64,000 bases of DNA, taken from assembly GCA_047967505.1 (NCBI GenBank), contig CM106538.1. One strand, given 5' to 3'. The stretch comes from Dipteris shenzhenensis (Eukaryota). The position numbers were made by a program, and so were the translations under genes. How positions within the stretch are numbered: the first letter of the stretch is position 1; each line of letters begins with the position of its first letter. Positions 12,917 through 26,070 of this stretch are shown one piece after another. The notes under the pieces were generated by a model that was not told the DNA's origin, did no database searches, and saw only the letters and a list, made by a program, of their open reading frames with translations.

Positions 12917-13305
12917 ATGGACTATAGCAAACCTCTTCACACACTCAGATCACACACTGCTTGCTTGTCTCTACTGACTTGTACACCCATAGCAACTCCT
13001 CCTTTTGCTTGGGGTCCTCTTCATCCTAGTATTTGCGCTCTATACAACTTCGCACCTCCATCATGTCCTATCAAAAGAGACCTACATCATGAGCTTGACC
13101 CAACTACCTTAAAGGAGCATGAAAAACAATAGCCAGGGAATTTAATATTCATCGTCTTTGTTGACTCCAAGTAATACACCCACCACTGAAGCATGTCCTC
13201 CTTGTAGCTATTTTCCTCCTTCTCCAAGTCTATTTCTTCGAGGAGGTCATTCAACATTGTTTTTAGATAGAACAAAAGCATTCCAAAGTCTTTTGGGTAT
13301 GCCAT
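12917..13305 (-). pseudogene. Small decayed ORF of unknown function
   Basis: MAYPKDFGMLLFYLKTMLNDLLEEIDLEKEE... reads as protein-like and continues through stops. A TATTTAA-like motif lies ~80 bp upstream on the minus strand. Confidence 0.3.
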
Positions 13306-13429
13306 AGATTCATAGTAGGTGGATCGGTGTACAGAGTTTTGGGGCTAGATTTCATAATGGGCTCTTAGTTGTGTCTACATGGCACTTAAATAGGGAGAGA
13401 GTTCATTGGGCCTGACCTTCTCATTCTTC

Positions 13430-13570
13430 ATTCTCACATTAATTGTCTAATCAAAATCTTTCATCTCACATTAGTTGTCTGATCGAAATCTTCCATCTCA
13501 TATTAGTTGACTAATCGAAATCTTTTAGTCTCACATTATTTGGCTAATCAAAATCTTTTGTCTCACATTA
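13430..13570. repeat. Minisatellite, ~31-bp unit, 4-5 copies
   Basis: tctcacattaRttgtctaatcRaaatctt is repeated. Confidence 0.8.
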
Positions 13571-13719
13571 TGGTCCTTGGCATGTTAAAGGACACTATTT
13601 AGTGACATAGCTGAGAAAACATTGCCCAACTAAACTTTGGAGAAGATTAACAATTCAATAGATTACACACAGATTGCATAGATTACATCCCAAAGACTCC
13701 TTTGCTTCATATTACATCT

Positions 13720-15847
13720 CAAGGACTGCTTTCCTTTTAGGGGGTTGGTTTTTACATTGCCTTGAGTAGGTTGCCTTTTTGAGCTCCCTGATTGCAAGCT
13801 CAACCCTCCTTGCTCCTTTCTAGAAGGGGGCTTGTTCCTTCCTTCAGGGGCCTGGCCCCTTCCTTCATGTCGCTTTCTCTTTCCTTGATTTGAGCTTCTT
13901 GGTTGTAGGCCTGGCCTTCTTGCTCCTTTCCTAAAGGGGGCTAGTTCCTCCCTTCAAGCTCCTTTTCCTCAAAGTCAGCAGGCTCGGTCTTGGAATTCTT
14001 CAATTTGAGCTCCTTGTCTTTTTCATTTTTTCCCAAATGGAAAATTGAGCTGTAGCATGTACTTTCTCATCATAGATAGCTATAGTAGGCAACCACATTT
14101 GATATGTTCATGGCCTGGGAAATGGCAAATGACATTCTCTACATAGCGATCTTGCATGCATAAACACCCCAAAGCAAAAAACATGCACAAGATGGTAGCA
14201 TGCAAGCCATCGGATCATGCAGTCATCTATGATGGGGGTATGGCAGACCATGCATTTCGCATTTCGGACCGTACTACATAGTAGGATAGGCATCTGATTT
14301 AACTATTGTGACTGTCAATACCACAGTCTTGCTCTATACATGACAAAGTTGCTTCTTGATTCCTTCCTTCCTCATCCTAAGGCTGTGGATGTTCTCCTTC
14401 ATTTCCTCTACTCTTTGCTCACTATGTGCAATAGCTTCATGTGAATCCCTCAGTATCTTTTGAAGCTACTCAATTGCTCAAAAACATATACATGGGCCAT
14501 TTCTAAGGCTTCCACTCTAGTTTAAAAATCTCTCAAGATGATGGACTACTTTTCAAAACTATCGAAAGCCATAGAAAGCTCGTGCACAACCCTATCATAA
14601 TCTTTGTGCAAGGTCTTCTAGCTTACTCTTTGAACTTCCCAAATTGTTTCAAATTAAAAGCAACCCTCATCATTGGCTACTCTAACTTTCTCCACTGTGG
14701 CCGCTCTCTGTATACTTTCTGGCCTGGAGAGCTCCCTCATTGTCTTCTCCACCCTAGCTACTCTCTGCCCCATCCTTCCTGGCCTTGAAGCTCTCTCATT
14801 GTTCCTGAATCACCTTTCTGGTTTCTGCATTCTCCCTTTTCAACTCCTCCATAAACTGGTCTTTTTCAATGTTTAATGCGTTTTGATGTTGAAGAGCCAT
14901 TTGTAAAGACCCTTCTTTTCGGCTCTCTAATCTTCAAGCTCCTTTTGCATCATTTCTAGCTCCTTGTCTATGATGTCCCCATCACTTCTCACTTCTTCAA
15001 GCCTATCTCAGAGCTCCTTGATGTGCTTTTTTGCTTCTTCTCTTCCATGCCTTTCCATGTCGACCATTTTTATAGCGGCCTCAGCTTGCTCTTGTGCCTC
15101 CAAGGCCCTTGCTTATGTCTCCTCTACCTTGACTTCTGCACCTTCCCTAAGAATTTTCTCAAGTTGCGCTGCCTTTGCTGCATTGGTGGCTTTCTCTTGT
15201 AGAAAAGTCACCTTCTGAGACATTTTCTTATCATATTGCTCAAAAATCCCTTTGATGGTCGATGCCATCACGTGCATTGCAACTCCAGTAGACTGAGATG
15301 ACAATTGGGATTTGCCATCCATGCAATTCTTTAGGTTGGTTATCACGCTCTTGGATATCACCCTTGAGAAAGACACATCACATCTTTTCAATTGCTCTAC
15401 TACTGCTTGAACCTGACACAACTTTACGATTCCTCTCGTATTAGGAAAGAAGTGAATAGTCTTCTTCATCAGCACATCTTGGAGGTCTGTTGGCAAGCCA
15501 AAAAGCTTGACTCCACCATCTATACTAATCTGAGTGTTGGGGTATACATCTAGAATATCATGTCTCTTCCACTGCTTCGTGAAGAAGTGTGCTTGCATAT
15601 TGCCTCCAGGAATGCCTAGTGCATTTTCAATCATGCTTTTAGTGATGGTAATCTTCTGACCTTGACACACTAGTTGCCCCTCCACGTTCACCTCCTGTAC
15701 CAACCTAGTGAAGTTTTTGAGAGCAATCAAATTGGGCTTTTGAAGAGAGACATAAGATGAAACAGTAAATGGAAACGGAATAGTGGAGGCTTGAGTTTGT
15801 AGTTCAAGTGCAAGGAAAAAGAAACGGTTGAGAGAGATAGAAGACAA
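13720..15847 (-). pseudogene. Decayed ORF: N-terminal transposon-type domain, long coiled coil, RING finger, K/E-rich tail
   Basis: The 244-aa ORF 15113-15847 continues past the stop as an E/K/Q-rich heptad region. 14108-14293 encodes CMVC...ACYHLVHVFC...CREC (RING-H2-like spacing). LVCQGQKITITKSMIENALGIPG recalls accessory ORFs of plant transposons. Confidence 0.65.
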
Positions 15848-15969
15848 AACAGTTAAGGGATTAGAATAGCGGAGGCTTAAGTTTGTTGCTTGACTACACT
15901 ATCAAAGTGAGAGCCATCGTAGTGGTTGGCCCAAATTTTGATTAATTCAAGAAGGAAGTACTACCTTGC

Positions 15970-17045
15970 ATTGTAATGAGTGATTAGAGGTGGTGGCATC
16001 TAAGATTTCCAACCACATCTGTGGTGGCAACCAAGATCCATTGGGCTGGTAGTTAATTACTAGCCACCGCAGTGGGCCGCAATTACTCACCTTCCAATTA
16101 CCACTACCGGGCTTGCATGCATGATTACTACGAGTGCAGTAAATTACCAGTCACTAGGCTTGTATGCTTAGGAGAGTACTAGAGTGCATGGTAATGAGTG
16201 ATTAGGCTTCATAATTTACTTTTGTGGTAATTAGCACCCAGTGGTGGTGGCTCTCATCGTCCACGTCTGTAGTGGTGATTGGGCTGGCAGTAATTACTAG
16301 CCACTTCAGTGGCCCGCAGTTACTCACCTACCTTTTACCACCACTAGGCTTGCATGCATGATCATTGTGAGTGTAGTAAATTACCAATCACTAGGCTTGC
16401 ATGCTCACTAGAGTACTAGAGTGCATGGTAATGAGTGATTAGAGGTGATTAGAATTCATGATTTATGTTTGTGGGAATTACTACCCGGTGGTGGTGGCTA
16501 TCATTAGCCATGTCTGTTGTGGCTAAGATTCCACCGGGCTGGCAATTAGTTACCAGCCACCGCAATGGCTTGCTCACCCACCACCGGGCTTAAGCATGCA
16601 TGATCACTATGAATGCAGTAAAAATTACCAGTCATAGGGTTGGCATGCTCAGTAGAGTACTAGAGTTCTTGGTAATGAGTGATTAGAGGTTATCAGGATT
16701 CATGATTTACTTTTGTGGGAATTACTGCCCTGTGGTGGTGGCTCTCATTAGCCACGTAGTATCATGGCTATGATTCCACTGGGTTGGTAGTTAATTACTA
16801 GCCACCGCAGTGGCCTGCTCACCCATCAACATGCTCAGTAGAGTCCTAGACTGCCTAGTAATGAGTGATAAGAGGTGATTAGGACTCATGATTTACTTTT
16901 GTGGGAATTACTGCCCGGTGGTGGTGGCTCTCATTAGCCAAATTTATCATGGTTAAGATTCCACTAGGCTAGCAGTTAATTACCAATCACCGTAGTGGCC
17001 TATTCACCCACCACTGAGCATATGCTGCATGATTACTAGCTCATC
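15970..17045. repeat. Tandem array, ~190-245 bp unit, ~5 copies
   Basis: gtaatgagtgattagaggtg anchor recurs near 15973, 16190, 16427, 16671 and 16857. A partial unit also occurs at ~1815-1860. Confidence 0.85.
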
Positions 17046-18278
17046 TGGGGTGGCGCCTAAGATTCCACCATGGTGGTCTGCAACAATAAATATGGATGGA
17101 ACCTTGGGCTCCAGCATTTTACTACATTGCTCTCATCTGCCCTTGCTTTGCTACTTTGCTCCACACCCTTTCTCTAGCTCTTTTCCACCCCTGATGTACT
17201 TTGCTCCATGCTCCCTCCTCCAACTCTCTGCTCCCCTGCTCATATGCTGCTCACCCACTCATCTTCACCATGCCTACTACCACCCCCCCTTGATGTATTG
17301 TGATCCCAATGTTGTCTTCCTTCTCATATAAGGTGATTGCATTGCACTCACCTAGAATAGAAATGCTAGCACTAGTGGAGACCCTTCCTTCCCATAGTCG
17401 ATTCCCCCTATATCTGCATGTCACCACCTTATCTGACATGCTCACCTCTGACCTCGTTATGGTTGTGTTGTATGGGTTCCCCCTAGATGTCGACGAAGGC
17501 CTCAATATTTTTACAACAGAGTACTCTCGACTTGTTGGAGGGGCTGTAATCTAAGTCATGGCAATGTGCATGGTCTTCAGCCTCTCCATTGTCTCCTCCT
17601 TTGGCTCCCTAAACTTTTTTAATGCAACGAGCTAGGCTGGCGGAAATACTGAGTTGTACAAATTCCCTCTTACTTAGACAAGGCTCATAACCACTCAACA
17701 ATGGCTGGATGTAATCCTTTGGCCTCTAAGTCTCTCAGTGATATTTTGGCTCATTGGATGTAAAGTTTGGTCTCTAAGGCTCTCAACAGTTGCTGAGCTT
17801 TTATTACATTTATGTAATCTCTTTTTGTTCAATTTGAGGCTCTTAGTATGCACTGTTGTTAACTTTTATATTTGAATGGTTATGGTCGCTAGTTGTTGTA
17901 ATCTTTTGGCCTTTAAGGCTCTTAGCAATTGCCAAGTTTTTATAAATGTAAGATCCTTTGTTCAAATTTTTCTCAGTGTAAGTTCTTCATTTTTATATAA
18001 CCCATTATTGGATGTAGATGTACATTGTAATCTCTTTTGCTCAAATTTCACTCATTGAATTGTAGTTGATTATTTGGATGGTACCACTAGGCCTCCAGTC
18101 CACTACGGTGGCTCAGAATACTTTTTCCTCATTAATATTTATTGCAACAAGGACTAAAATACTAGTAAAATAGGACTACAATTTCCTTGGTTTAGGACAA
18201 AATAGTGCTAAAATAGCTCCAAAGACCCACTAATGTGGTTGCATGGAGATACATCTAGAAAAATACAATTAAACTTTC

Positions 18279-18447
18279 AAAAAATGCAATTAACGATATG
18301 GCCCTTGAGGGGTCCCCTCTAGGGGCAAGGGCCATATCGACATGCATTATATAGTATCTAGGATGCCACTAGATAGATATGGCATGTTGATATGGCCCTT
18401 ATCCCTAAAGGGGACCCCTCAAGGGCCATATCATCAATTGCATTTTT
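18279..18447. repeat. Nested inverted repeat (hairpin), copy 2
   Basis: aaaaatgcaattaacgatatggcccttgaggggtcccct... is inverted relative to ...aggggacccctcaagggccatatcatcaattgcattttt. Confidence 0.88.
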
Positions 18448-19329
18448 CTTGGTTGCACAAGGAAATACACTTTCCTTGGTACACAAATATATACCTCCAA
18501 GAACCATTGTGGTGGTTGTCATAGATCTCCTTCTATTTGCTAGTGCAAGTGTTGTCATAGACCTCCTCCTGTAATACATAAAAATAGGTAGCAGAGCTAT
18601 AATGCGAAGAACCTTCGCGGTGGTCGCTCCAAGACAACCTTGAATTCTGGGCAATGATAGGTCGTCAAGCTAGAGACTGCGATGAGGTAATGCTCAAAAT
18701 GATAAATTGTGTCTCATTATTATGCCAAAAACTAGTGCGGTGGTCTCTCCAAGCCAACCTATGATTTGCATGGGCAAAGTTGTGGCAAAAGGCTATGCGA
18801 TGTGATAGGTGGTCAGGCCAAAGACTATGTTATGGCGGTGTTTAGAATGATAGATTGCATCTCATTATTATGCCAAGAAGCAGCACATTAATCTCTCCAA
18901 GCCATCCTTGAATTTTAATGATCTCCATGGGTGCAGTGCCCAATGATAGGCGGCAAAGCTGTGGCAGAAGGTTGTGCGATGATAAGTGGTCAGGGCCAGA
19001 GATTGCTGTGCATGAAGCAGTGTAGAGATGCACGATGTAGTGCAAGGTTGCCATGTCGATCTCTACAGTGTTTAGAATAAATAGATTGTGTCGCATTATT
19101 CTGCCAGTGCGGCATCATGACGTTGGGAAAATTTCCAGCGAGAGCGTAGGTCCATGCAAAATTCAAAATTTCACCCAAGAGTGCCTCGTGTCACGGCCCC
19201 AAAATGGCCCCAAAAATAGTTGCATGATTAACTACACCCAAGCAAACGTTGACCTAAAGCCTATCTAGTTTGCAACAATTTGTAGGTTTTATGTGAAAGG
19301 GCCAAGCATGGAAAGTCCTTAATATGGCT

Positions 19330-19702
19330 TGGTGGACTGTCGAGAGGGATGTTTTGATGGAAGATGCAAGGCTCGGCAAAAGGTGGTTATAGTTTGTCTC
19401 GACAAACCCAATTGCAAAAGATGGTGCAAAAACAATGACTCTCTTCACTATGCCAGTGACATATTAGATCCGCAATGGTGGGAATATCATATAGAGATAG
19501 ATGTACAGATTATGCAGCCATGGCATGATCTTCTTGGATGTTTCTTTGAGGATAGGACTAAGTATGCCTCTATTATTAAGGAACTCTCTATTTTTTGAAA
19601 GAGAGAAGGATTTTTTGCCTATCCAAGACTCAAAGAATTAGTCAAAGATATGTGAGCATGGAGATGGTGGGAAGAGTATGGAGCATCCACGCCTCATCTA
19701 CA
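19330..19702 (+). mobile_element. hAT transposase C-terminal fragment, cut off by a Copia LTR
   Basis: LHYASDILDP (cf. LH.A..L.P) followed by AWRWWEEYGASTPHL (hAT dimerisation-domain WW..YG...P.L motif) abutting the LTR at 19703. Confidence 0.65.
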
Positions 19703-19959
19703 TGACAAAATATGAAGAGGGGAGAGGAGAAGAGTGGAGATGAGGAGAGAGGGCACAGCTAGAGAGCACACCACAAATGACTAAATGTACACTAGATTTA
19801 GTTGAAAATGTAGAATATATATAAACCAATTTAGGGTTAGGAATAGGGGATCTAACCCTTTCCTTTATAGCACTCTATTGGGTTAGTGATATGCACATAT
19901 GATCACATGATGGTGCTATGTACACATGATCACATGATGTTAAGCATGAACTCTCAACA
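19703..19959 (-). repeat. Copia LTR (3' LTR of copy A)
   Basis: Reverse complement of the LTR family at 28460, 39962 and 43507. TG...CA ends, preceded by the PPT gagggaagg. Confidence 0.9.
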
Positions 19960-22900
19960 CCTTCCCTCAAGATCAACATCATGAAGTAGGCCTTCCATCA
20001 AGATGATGATTCTGGGGAATCAAAGAAGGACCGAGCATTACATTCCATCACACCCCTTTAATGGGAATGTCCTTCCTCTGCATCAAACCAAGAGCTAGTA
20101 GGTGTTTCTCGAATAGCTCTTTACCGAGTGGTTTGGTAAAAATGTCTGCAACATTCTCTTTGCTATCACAATGCTGTAGTGTGATGTCACCAAGTAACAC
20201 TCTTTCTATGATGAAGTGTTCTCTGACATCGATGTGCTTTGATATACTCGATCCTTGGCCAATGCTTGAGCTGATTGATTATCACAGTATATTGTTGTTG
20301 GCTTTGACTCATCAAAGTAATCTATTTCTGACAATAGTCTTTTGAGCCATATAGCCTCACATGCACCTGTAGTGAGTGCCCTGTATTCTACTTCAGTTGA
20401 AGACAAAGAAATAGTTGGTTGTTTGTTTGACAACCATGATATAGCACCTTGACCAAGGAAAAATGCATATCCCTATGTCGATCTCCTAGTCTCATAATCT
20501 CTGGCATAGTCATTGTCATAGTATCCATGCAACCATGGATGACTTCCTCTGTATTCTATCCCAAATTGTCTTGTACCTCTGATGTATCTCAAGACACTTT
20601 TGGCTGCATTCCAATGAGACTGTTTTGGATTTTTCATAAATTGTGCAAGTGAACTTATTGCATAACAAATATCTGGTCGTGTGATAGTCAGATATATAAG
20701 AGATTTGATGAGCTGCCTATAGTACCTGTCATTGACTGTAGGTTTTTTTGAATCCTTAGTAAGTTTCAAAATTTGTTCCATGGGAGTGGTTGCAATCTTG
20801 CAATCTTCCATATGAAACTTCTTCAGGAGACTGTCAACATGCTTGATCTGACTCATGAATGTGCTATCTAAATCTCTCTAGAACTCAATACCAAGACGAT
20901 ATTGTATAAGTCCAATATCTTTCATGTCAAACTTTGCAGATAAGTCTTATTTTATCTTTTTAATGAAGCTATCCTTACTTCCTATCAAATCAGATCATCA
21001 ATGTACAAAAGTGCAATAGTAATGTCTTCCCCTTGAACTTTGTAGTAGAGAGTATGATCTGCATTGGACTTCATATATCCTAGATTAGCAAAATACTTGT
21101 CGACTTTGCTGTACCAACTTCTAGATGCTTGCTTTAAGCTGTAGAGACTTTTCTTAAGATTGCAAACCTTATTCTCCTTTCCTAGTTCAACATAGCCTAC
21201 TGGTTGTTGCATGTAGACTTCCTCGCCTAGATAACCATTGAGAAATGCATTCTTGACATCGAGCTGATACACATTCCATCTGCTGAGTGTCGCTAGTGAT
21301 ATCAAGAACCGTATGGAATCCATCTTTGCTACTGGAGTATAAGTCTCATCATAATCTTGACCATATTGCTATGCAAATACTTTTGCAACTAGTCTGGCTT
21401 TGTATCTTTGAATACTTCCATCTAGATTGTACTTCACTTTGTATACCCATTTGTTTGTTGCTATGGCCTTCTTTCCTGGTGGAAGGTCGCATAATTCCCA
21501 GGTATTATTCTTATACAAAGCATCCATTTCGTCATTCATAGCAATTTGCCATTCTGGCTTGTCTACTGCATCTTCAAAGTACATTGGCTCTTCTGTAGCC
21601 ATGACGGTAGTCATAAGAGCATAGTTGGTAGTCTCAACCTGAATTGCTTTGCCTTTCTGAGCATATGTCAATCTGGTTGGAGGTCTGCTTTCCCTGATAG
21701 ACAATCTCAGCTATTGTGGCTCTACTTGAGGTGTTTCTCGCAATTCTTGCTCTTCTTCATCAACCTGTTCTGTAGATGACTATGAAGTCAATGCTTCTAT
21801 CTCCTGTGTATTTGAGGTTTTCCATCCTGATTCCTCATCAAAGATTACATCTCTAGAGATAAGGACCTTGTGGTTGATGGGATCATACAACTTGTATGCT
21901 TTGCTTTCTTCACTGTAGCCGACCATGATGACATTTTTCTAACCTTCTAATGGTTTCATCTCTGTGAACCATTCCTTATGCTTTGTCATGTGAGATGATG
22001 CACCCTATCGATGACCAAGGATCCTATTCTGCGTGGTTGACTTGAGAGTTGAAATCCTCTTTTGGATTAAAATCAGTGTGTACACTGTATAAGTTTCCTG
22101 TGCATTTGCTCATTTGCAAGAAACATATTCCCATGTTCCTTTGCAAAATGACTATGACTACAATGTCCACCACAATGATTTCCTCTTCTACAGAAATTTC
22201 CTCGATTGCTATTGCATTGACTGCCTTGGTCATATTGCTTCTTGTGGCAATCTCTTTCATAGTGTCCAAACTTATGACAGTAGTTGTACTGGATGTTTGA
22301 CACATTGGTGGATGCATTCCCTGGTCCTTGGAATCTTCCTCAATTGGAATGATTTCCTCTTTGTTGATTCTGATGTTGCTGAGGATGATGCTAATGTTGA
22401 TGCCGCCGACTCTGACTTTGCTGACCTCTTTCTGCCCGTTTGGTTTTCTACCATGGCTTTGAATTTTTGAAATCTGGAAAACACTTCAGATTCCTCTTTA
22501 AGAAAGTAGACCCAACAATATCTGCTATAGTCATCGATGAAAGTAAAGTAGTAAAGTGAACCATTGATGTTGCGTGTCTGGGCATAACCCCATACATCTG
22601 TATGTATCAAATGAAGAATACCTTTAGCTTGAGAGGTGCTTCTGCTGAACTCTGGTTCTCTTTTGTTTGCTGAAGCAGTATGCTTCGCAAGCTTTTCCAA
22701 GAAATTGTAGCGTAGGAATCCCAATTGCCATATTCTAATTACTAAGATCTATCAAGCCTTGAAACTGACATGTCCATAACTCTTGTGCCATTTTGTCGAA
22801 TAGTGGCATCTGTTGCGATTGAGCTGACATGGCATGCAAATTTGGTACTGTAGCTAGTATTCTAAACAAGCATCCTTCCTTAACAGATTTTCCTACTAGC

Positions 22901-23294
22901 TAAAATCCTCTGGATTTGTCTCTGATAGTGCATTCATCTCCATCGAAGATGACTCGGTAGTTGTGTTCCATCATTTGACCTATAGACAAGAGGTTCTTGC
23001 TGAGCTTCGAAACATAGAGCATCTTTCACCAATCCTTTCGTACCATGAAATGGTTCATAGGGATATGCGTGTCCCTTATACTAGATTAGGTGTACTATTT
23101 ACCATGTAGAAGACATTCTTCTTAACTTCTAATGGTTTCATCTCTGTGAACCATTCGTGATGCTTTGTCATATGAGATGATGCACCGCTATTGATGTACC
23201 AAGGATCTTGACCTGCTTGGTCGACTTGATAACTGTAATCCTCTTTTGAATTGCAATCAATGTCTAAATACACCACCGTATCGATCTTCTTCTT

Positions 23295-25395
23295 CTTTTT
23301 GGGTTTAAAAAAAAGTTTTTTTTATATCAGAATATCATCATCATCATAAGTATTTACATGTCCTTTGATAAAGAACAATCAGCCCCCATGGGGAGAGTTT
23401 CATCAAAACATTTCTGAAGTAAAACATAAACAGTAGCAGCAGAATCAAAAGAGGGGGACATAAGAGTCCTCAGTGTCATTTGTATTGTCATCATTCAAGT
23501 AATCAGAATAATTGAAACTGTCTGAATCTCTAAAGTTGTCAATGTCATTTGCATGGGCTTCACAAGATGAGTCAGGTTCCTTTTTTACCTTTGTGGAGGG
23601 TATTTAATTAAGAAACTAAGTGATCTCAGCAGGGACTTCAAAGTGTGTGGAATTATCGATCCCAAAGCAGCTTTGAGTGTGTTCTTGTAAGTTAGCATTG
23701 AAGAGGGCAACCTCTGCTTGGAAAGTGTGGGTCAGTTCTATTATTTTCTTCTGGTCTTGTTTAGCCACTTAACACACAATAAGTCAGCTTGCAAAATAAC
23801 TTGATTAAATTAATATTATTCCTAGTTATTCATATAAACCAAAGTGCATGTGCTCTCATGGGTGACCAAGTGTCCTGTTTTGTCCTTGAAGAGTCTCCAA
23901 GCAAGATGGCCTTCCAATTCACTGTTCCCGTGTCTCCAGTTGGACTATTTTCCATACCTTTCTAGACACTGGACAAGCCACAAAGAGATGGAAGATATCT
24001 TCATTGGTAGAGGGACAATTCATACATTTACCATTACCCTTCCCAATCCTGAGTCCTCTGATATTGGTCCACACAGCTTTATGCAATATGAGCCACATCA
24101 TGGAAAATACTTTGTTTGGAATTGAAGGAGACCAGATGGCACAGAACTTGAATTTCCATTTCTCTTTGGAGCCATGAAGTTTCCACCTGTCATTAAGAAC
24201 CCTATAGAGATCACCCATGCCCCTGCTTGGTGTGGGTATAGGGAAGAAACAGGAACTTTCCACCCAGCTATACACAAGGAAAGATCCCCCCTTCCATTGT
24301 TGGCTGCCACTCCAAAGATGTATTCTACTCAGAACAAGTGACTAGCTTTTGTTGTTTAGACTGAACTCTCTCCTAATCTCTACCCAAGTTTTCCACCTTA
24401 GTTTAGATCTGTTCCACAGTTGCCCCCAGCTTTGCAAACCCTTTTTAAATAGAAGAGCTGCCTTGGCTATCTCTTCATAAAAAAGGACAGCTTCTTTGAA
24501 AATAACAGAAATCCAAATTGAGTCCAAGGTCATAAAGGCACCTTTACTTGAGAAGACAATTTGGCTTTTAATCCCCTCAAAAGCTGTCCAAAGAGAGACC
24601 CAAAGCTAGCTGCCTTTAGGTTTGTAGGGTTATGGGTTACAAATAGCTGACAGCATGGGGTAGTTTTTCCACTTGAGGACTCTGAGGGGTCTTAGGGAGC
24701 TGACATTCCTAAAGAGAAGTTGAGCCCAGTCTTTAATAGGGTTTAGGATTGCCTTTAAAATCCAAGTTGAGGAGAGTTTCAGAGCAGCCTATTCTGTGTC
24801 ACTAACACCTAATCCACCCTCTTGCTTGGGTTTGATACAGAAGTCCCACCTGACCTTGGGTATCTTGCCTCCCCATAGAAAGATCTGCAGGTTTTTATGA
24901 ATATGTTAGTTCCAACTTTGGAGGGGTACCAAGCTGTGAGGTAGAAGATAACAATAGGATAAATGCAATGGTTAAGAACAATTCTTCTTCCTGCCAAACA
25001 AGCCTGAAATCCTCTCCATTTCTCCATCTTGTTTTGGAATTTGTTCATGTTCACCAGTCCCACCTTTGCTTGAGGGAAATATCAAACCCCATGGGGATAC
25101 CCAGCAGCCTAAAGACTGAGCCATGCTTGACACTCTGGCATCCCATCCCTTCCAACACTTGCTGTTCATCACCTTTAAGAGTTGCATATCCAGTTTTAGA
25201 GTGATTGATTTTGGACCAAGAGGCTTTGCAAAATATATCTAAAGACTCCATGGCCACCTTGATATATTGTGACTCATTCTTAAGGGTTAAGTTTGTATCA
25301 TCAACAAACTATTGACAGATAAGTTGCTTGCCTAAGGGTAGCTCAATACCTTTCAACTTGTTTTCTTGGCTTTGTTGATGGAGAAGCCATCCCAG
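23295..25395 (-). mobile_element. L1/Tx1-type LINE, 5'-truncated, inside Copia A
   Basis: RT end (FVDDT, FRLLGIPMG), zf-RVT (WLILHKAVWTN..CMNC..EDIFHLFVACPVSRKVW), T-rich tail at ~23295-23325. Homologous to 46128-49512. Confidence 0.88.
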
Positions 25396-25776
25396 GGAGG
25401 GAAACTCTGGTTGATTTGGTTTCTTAGTGTGAGAATCCTAGAAATGTTCTTGGAATCGTAGAGAGATGTGAACATATCCCATGCTTCTTTTGATGTCTTG
25501 ACGGTGTTCATCTATCCTAGCATGACATCTTGCACATTCTTCTTGATCAGATGATATGCATACTTGTCTTTCTTGTCCCATTCTGCCTCTGCTCGGGCAA
25601 TGGAAAGATCTGCTATAGGTGCAAAAACTGTTTGTGTAGATGGAGATCCTGCTATAGATCTCGCGACTCGTGTTGTGACAATAGGTGGAGTAGAGCTACT
25701 ACTGGCTAGATCATCCAATGGTCTAGGTGTAGATCCATCAACATACTCCCATTTGTCCTGAAGTACAAGAATGGTC

Positions 25777-26070
25777 CATGGATGATTTTTCATGTTAGTT
25801 TCATTAAGAAGTGAAATTTTTATATTGGTATCGAAAGTTTGTATGGCCTATGAAAAATAAATCTTTGAAATATTTGCTAGGATTTGAAACTTTTATGCTA
25901 CAAAAATAAAAGTTTCGCCAGGATTTACATCTTTTACTTCAAAATTATGAAGAAAATATATAAAAGCATACTATCTTCTATCAATATTGTGAAACTAAAA
26001 ATTTGCTCGATAAACTTTCGCCAAAATTTTATTTTAATAAATAAGTATAGTTTCGATAAAAACATCCATG
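25777..26070. mobile_element. 294-bp MITE with CATGGATG termini and 8-bp TSD
   Basis: TSD gaatggtc at 25769-25776 and 26071-26078. TIRs are catggatgatttt and catggatgttttt (12/13). AT-rich interior. Excision restores gag ...KYQMETILVLQDKW. Confidence 0.9.
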
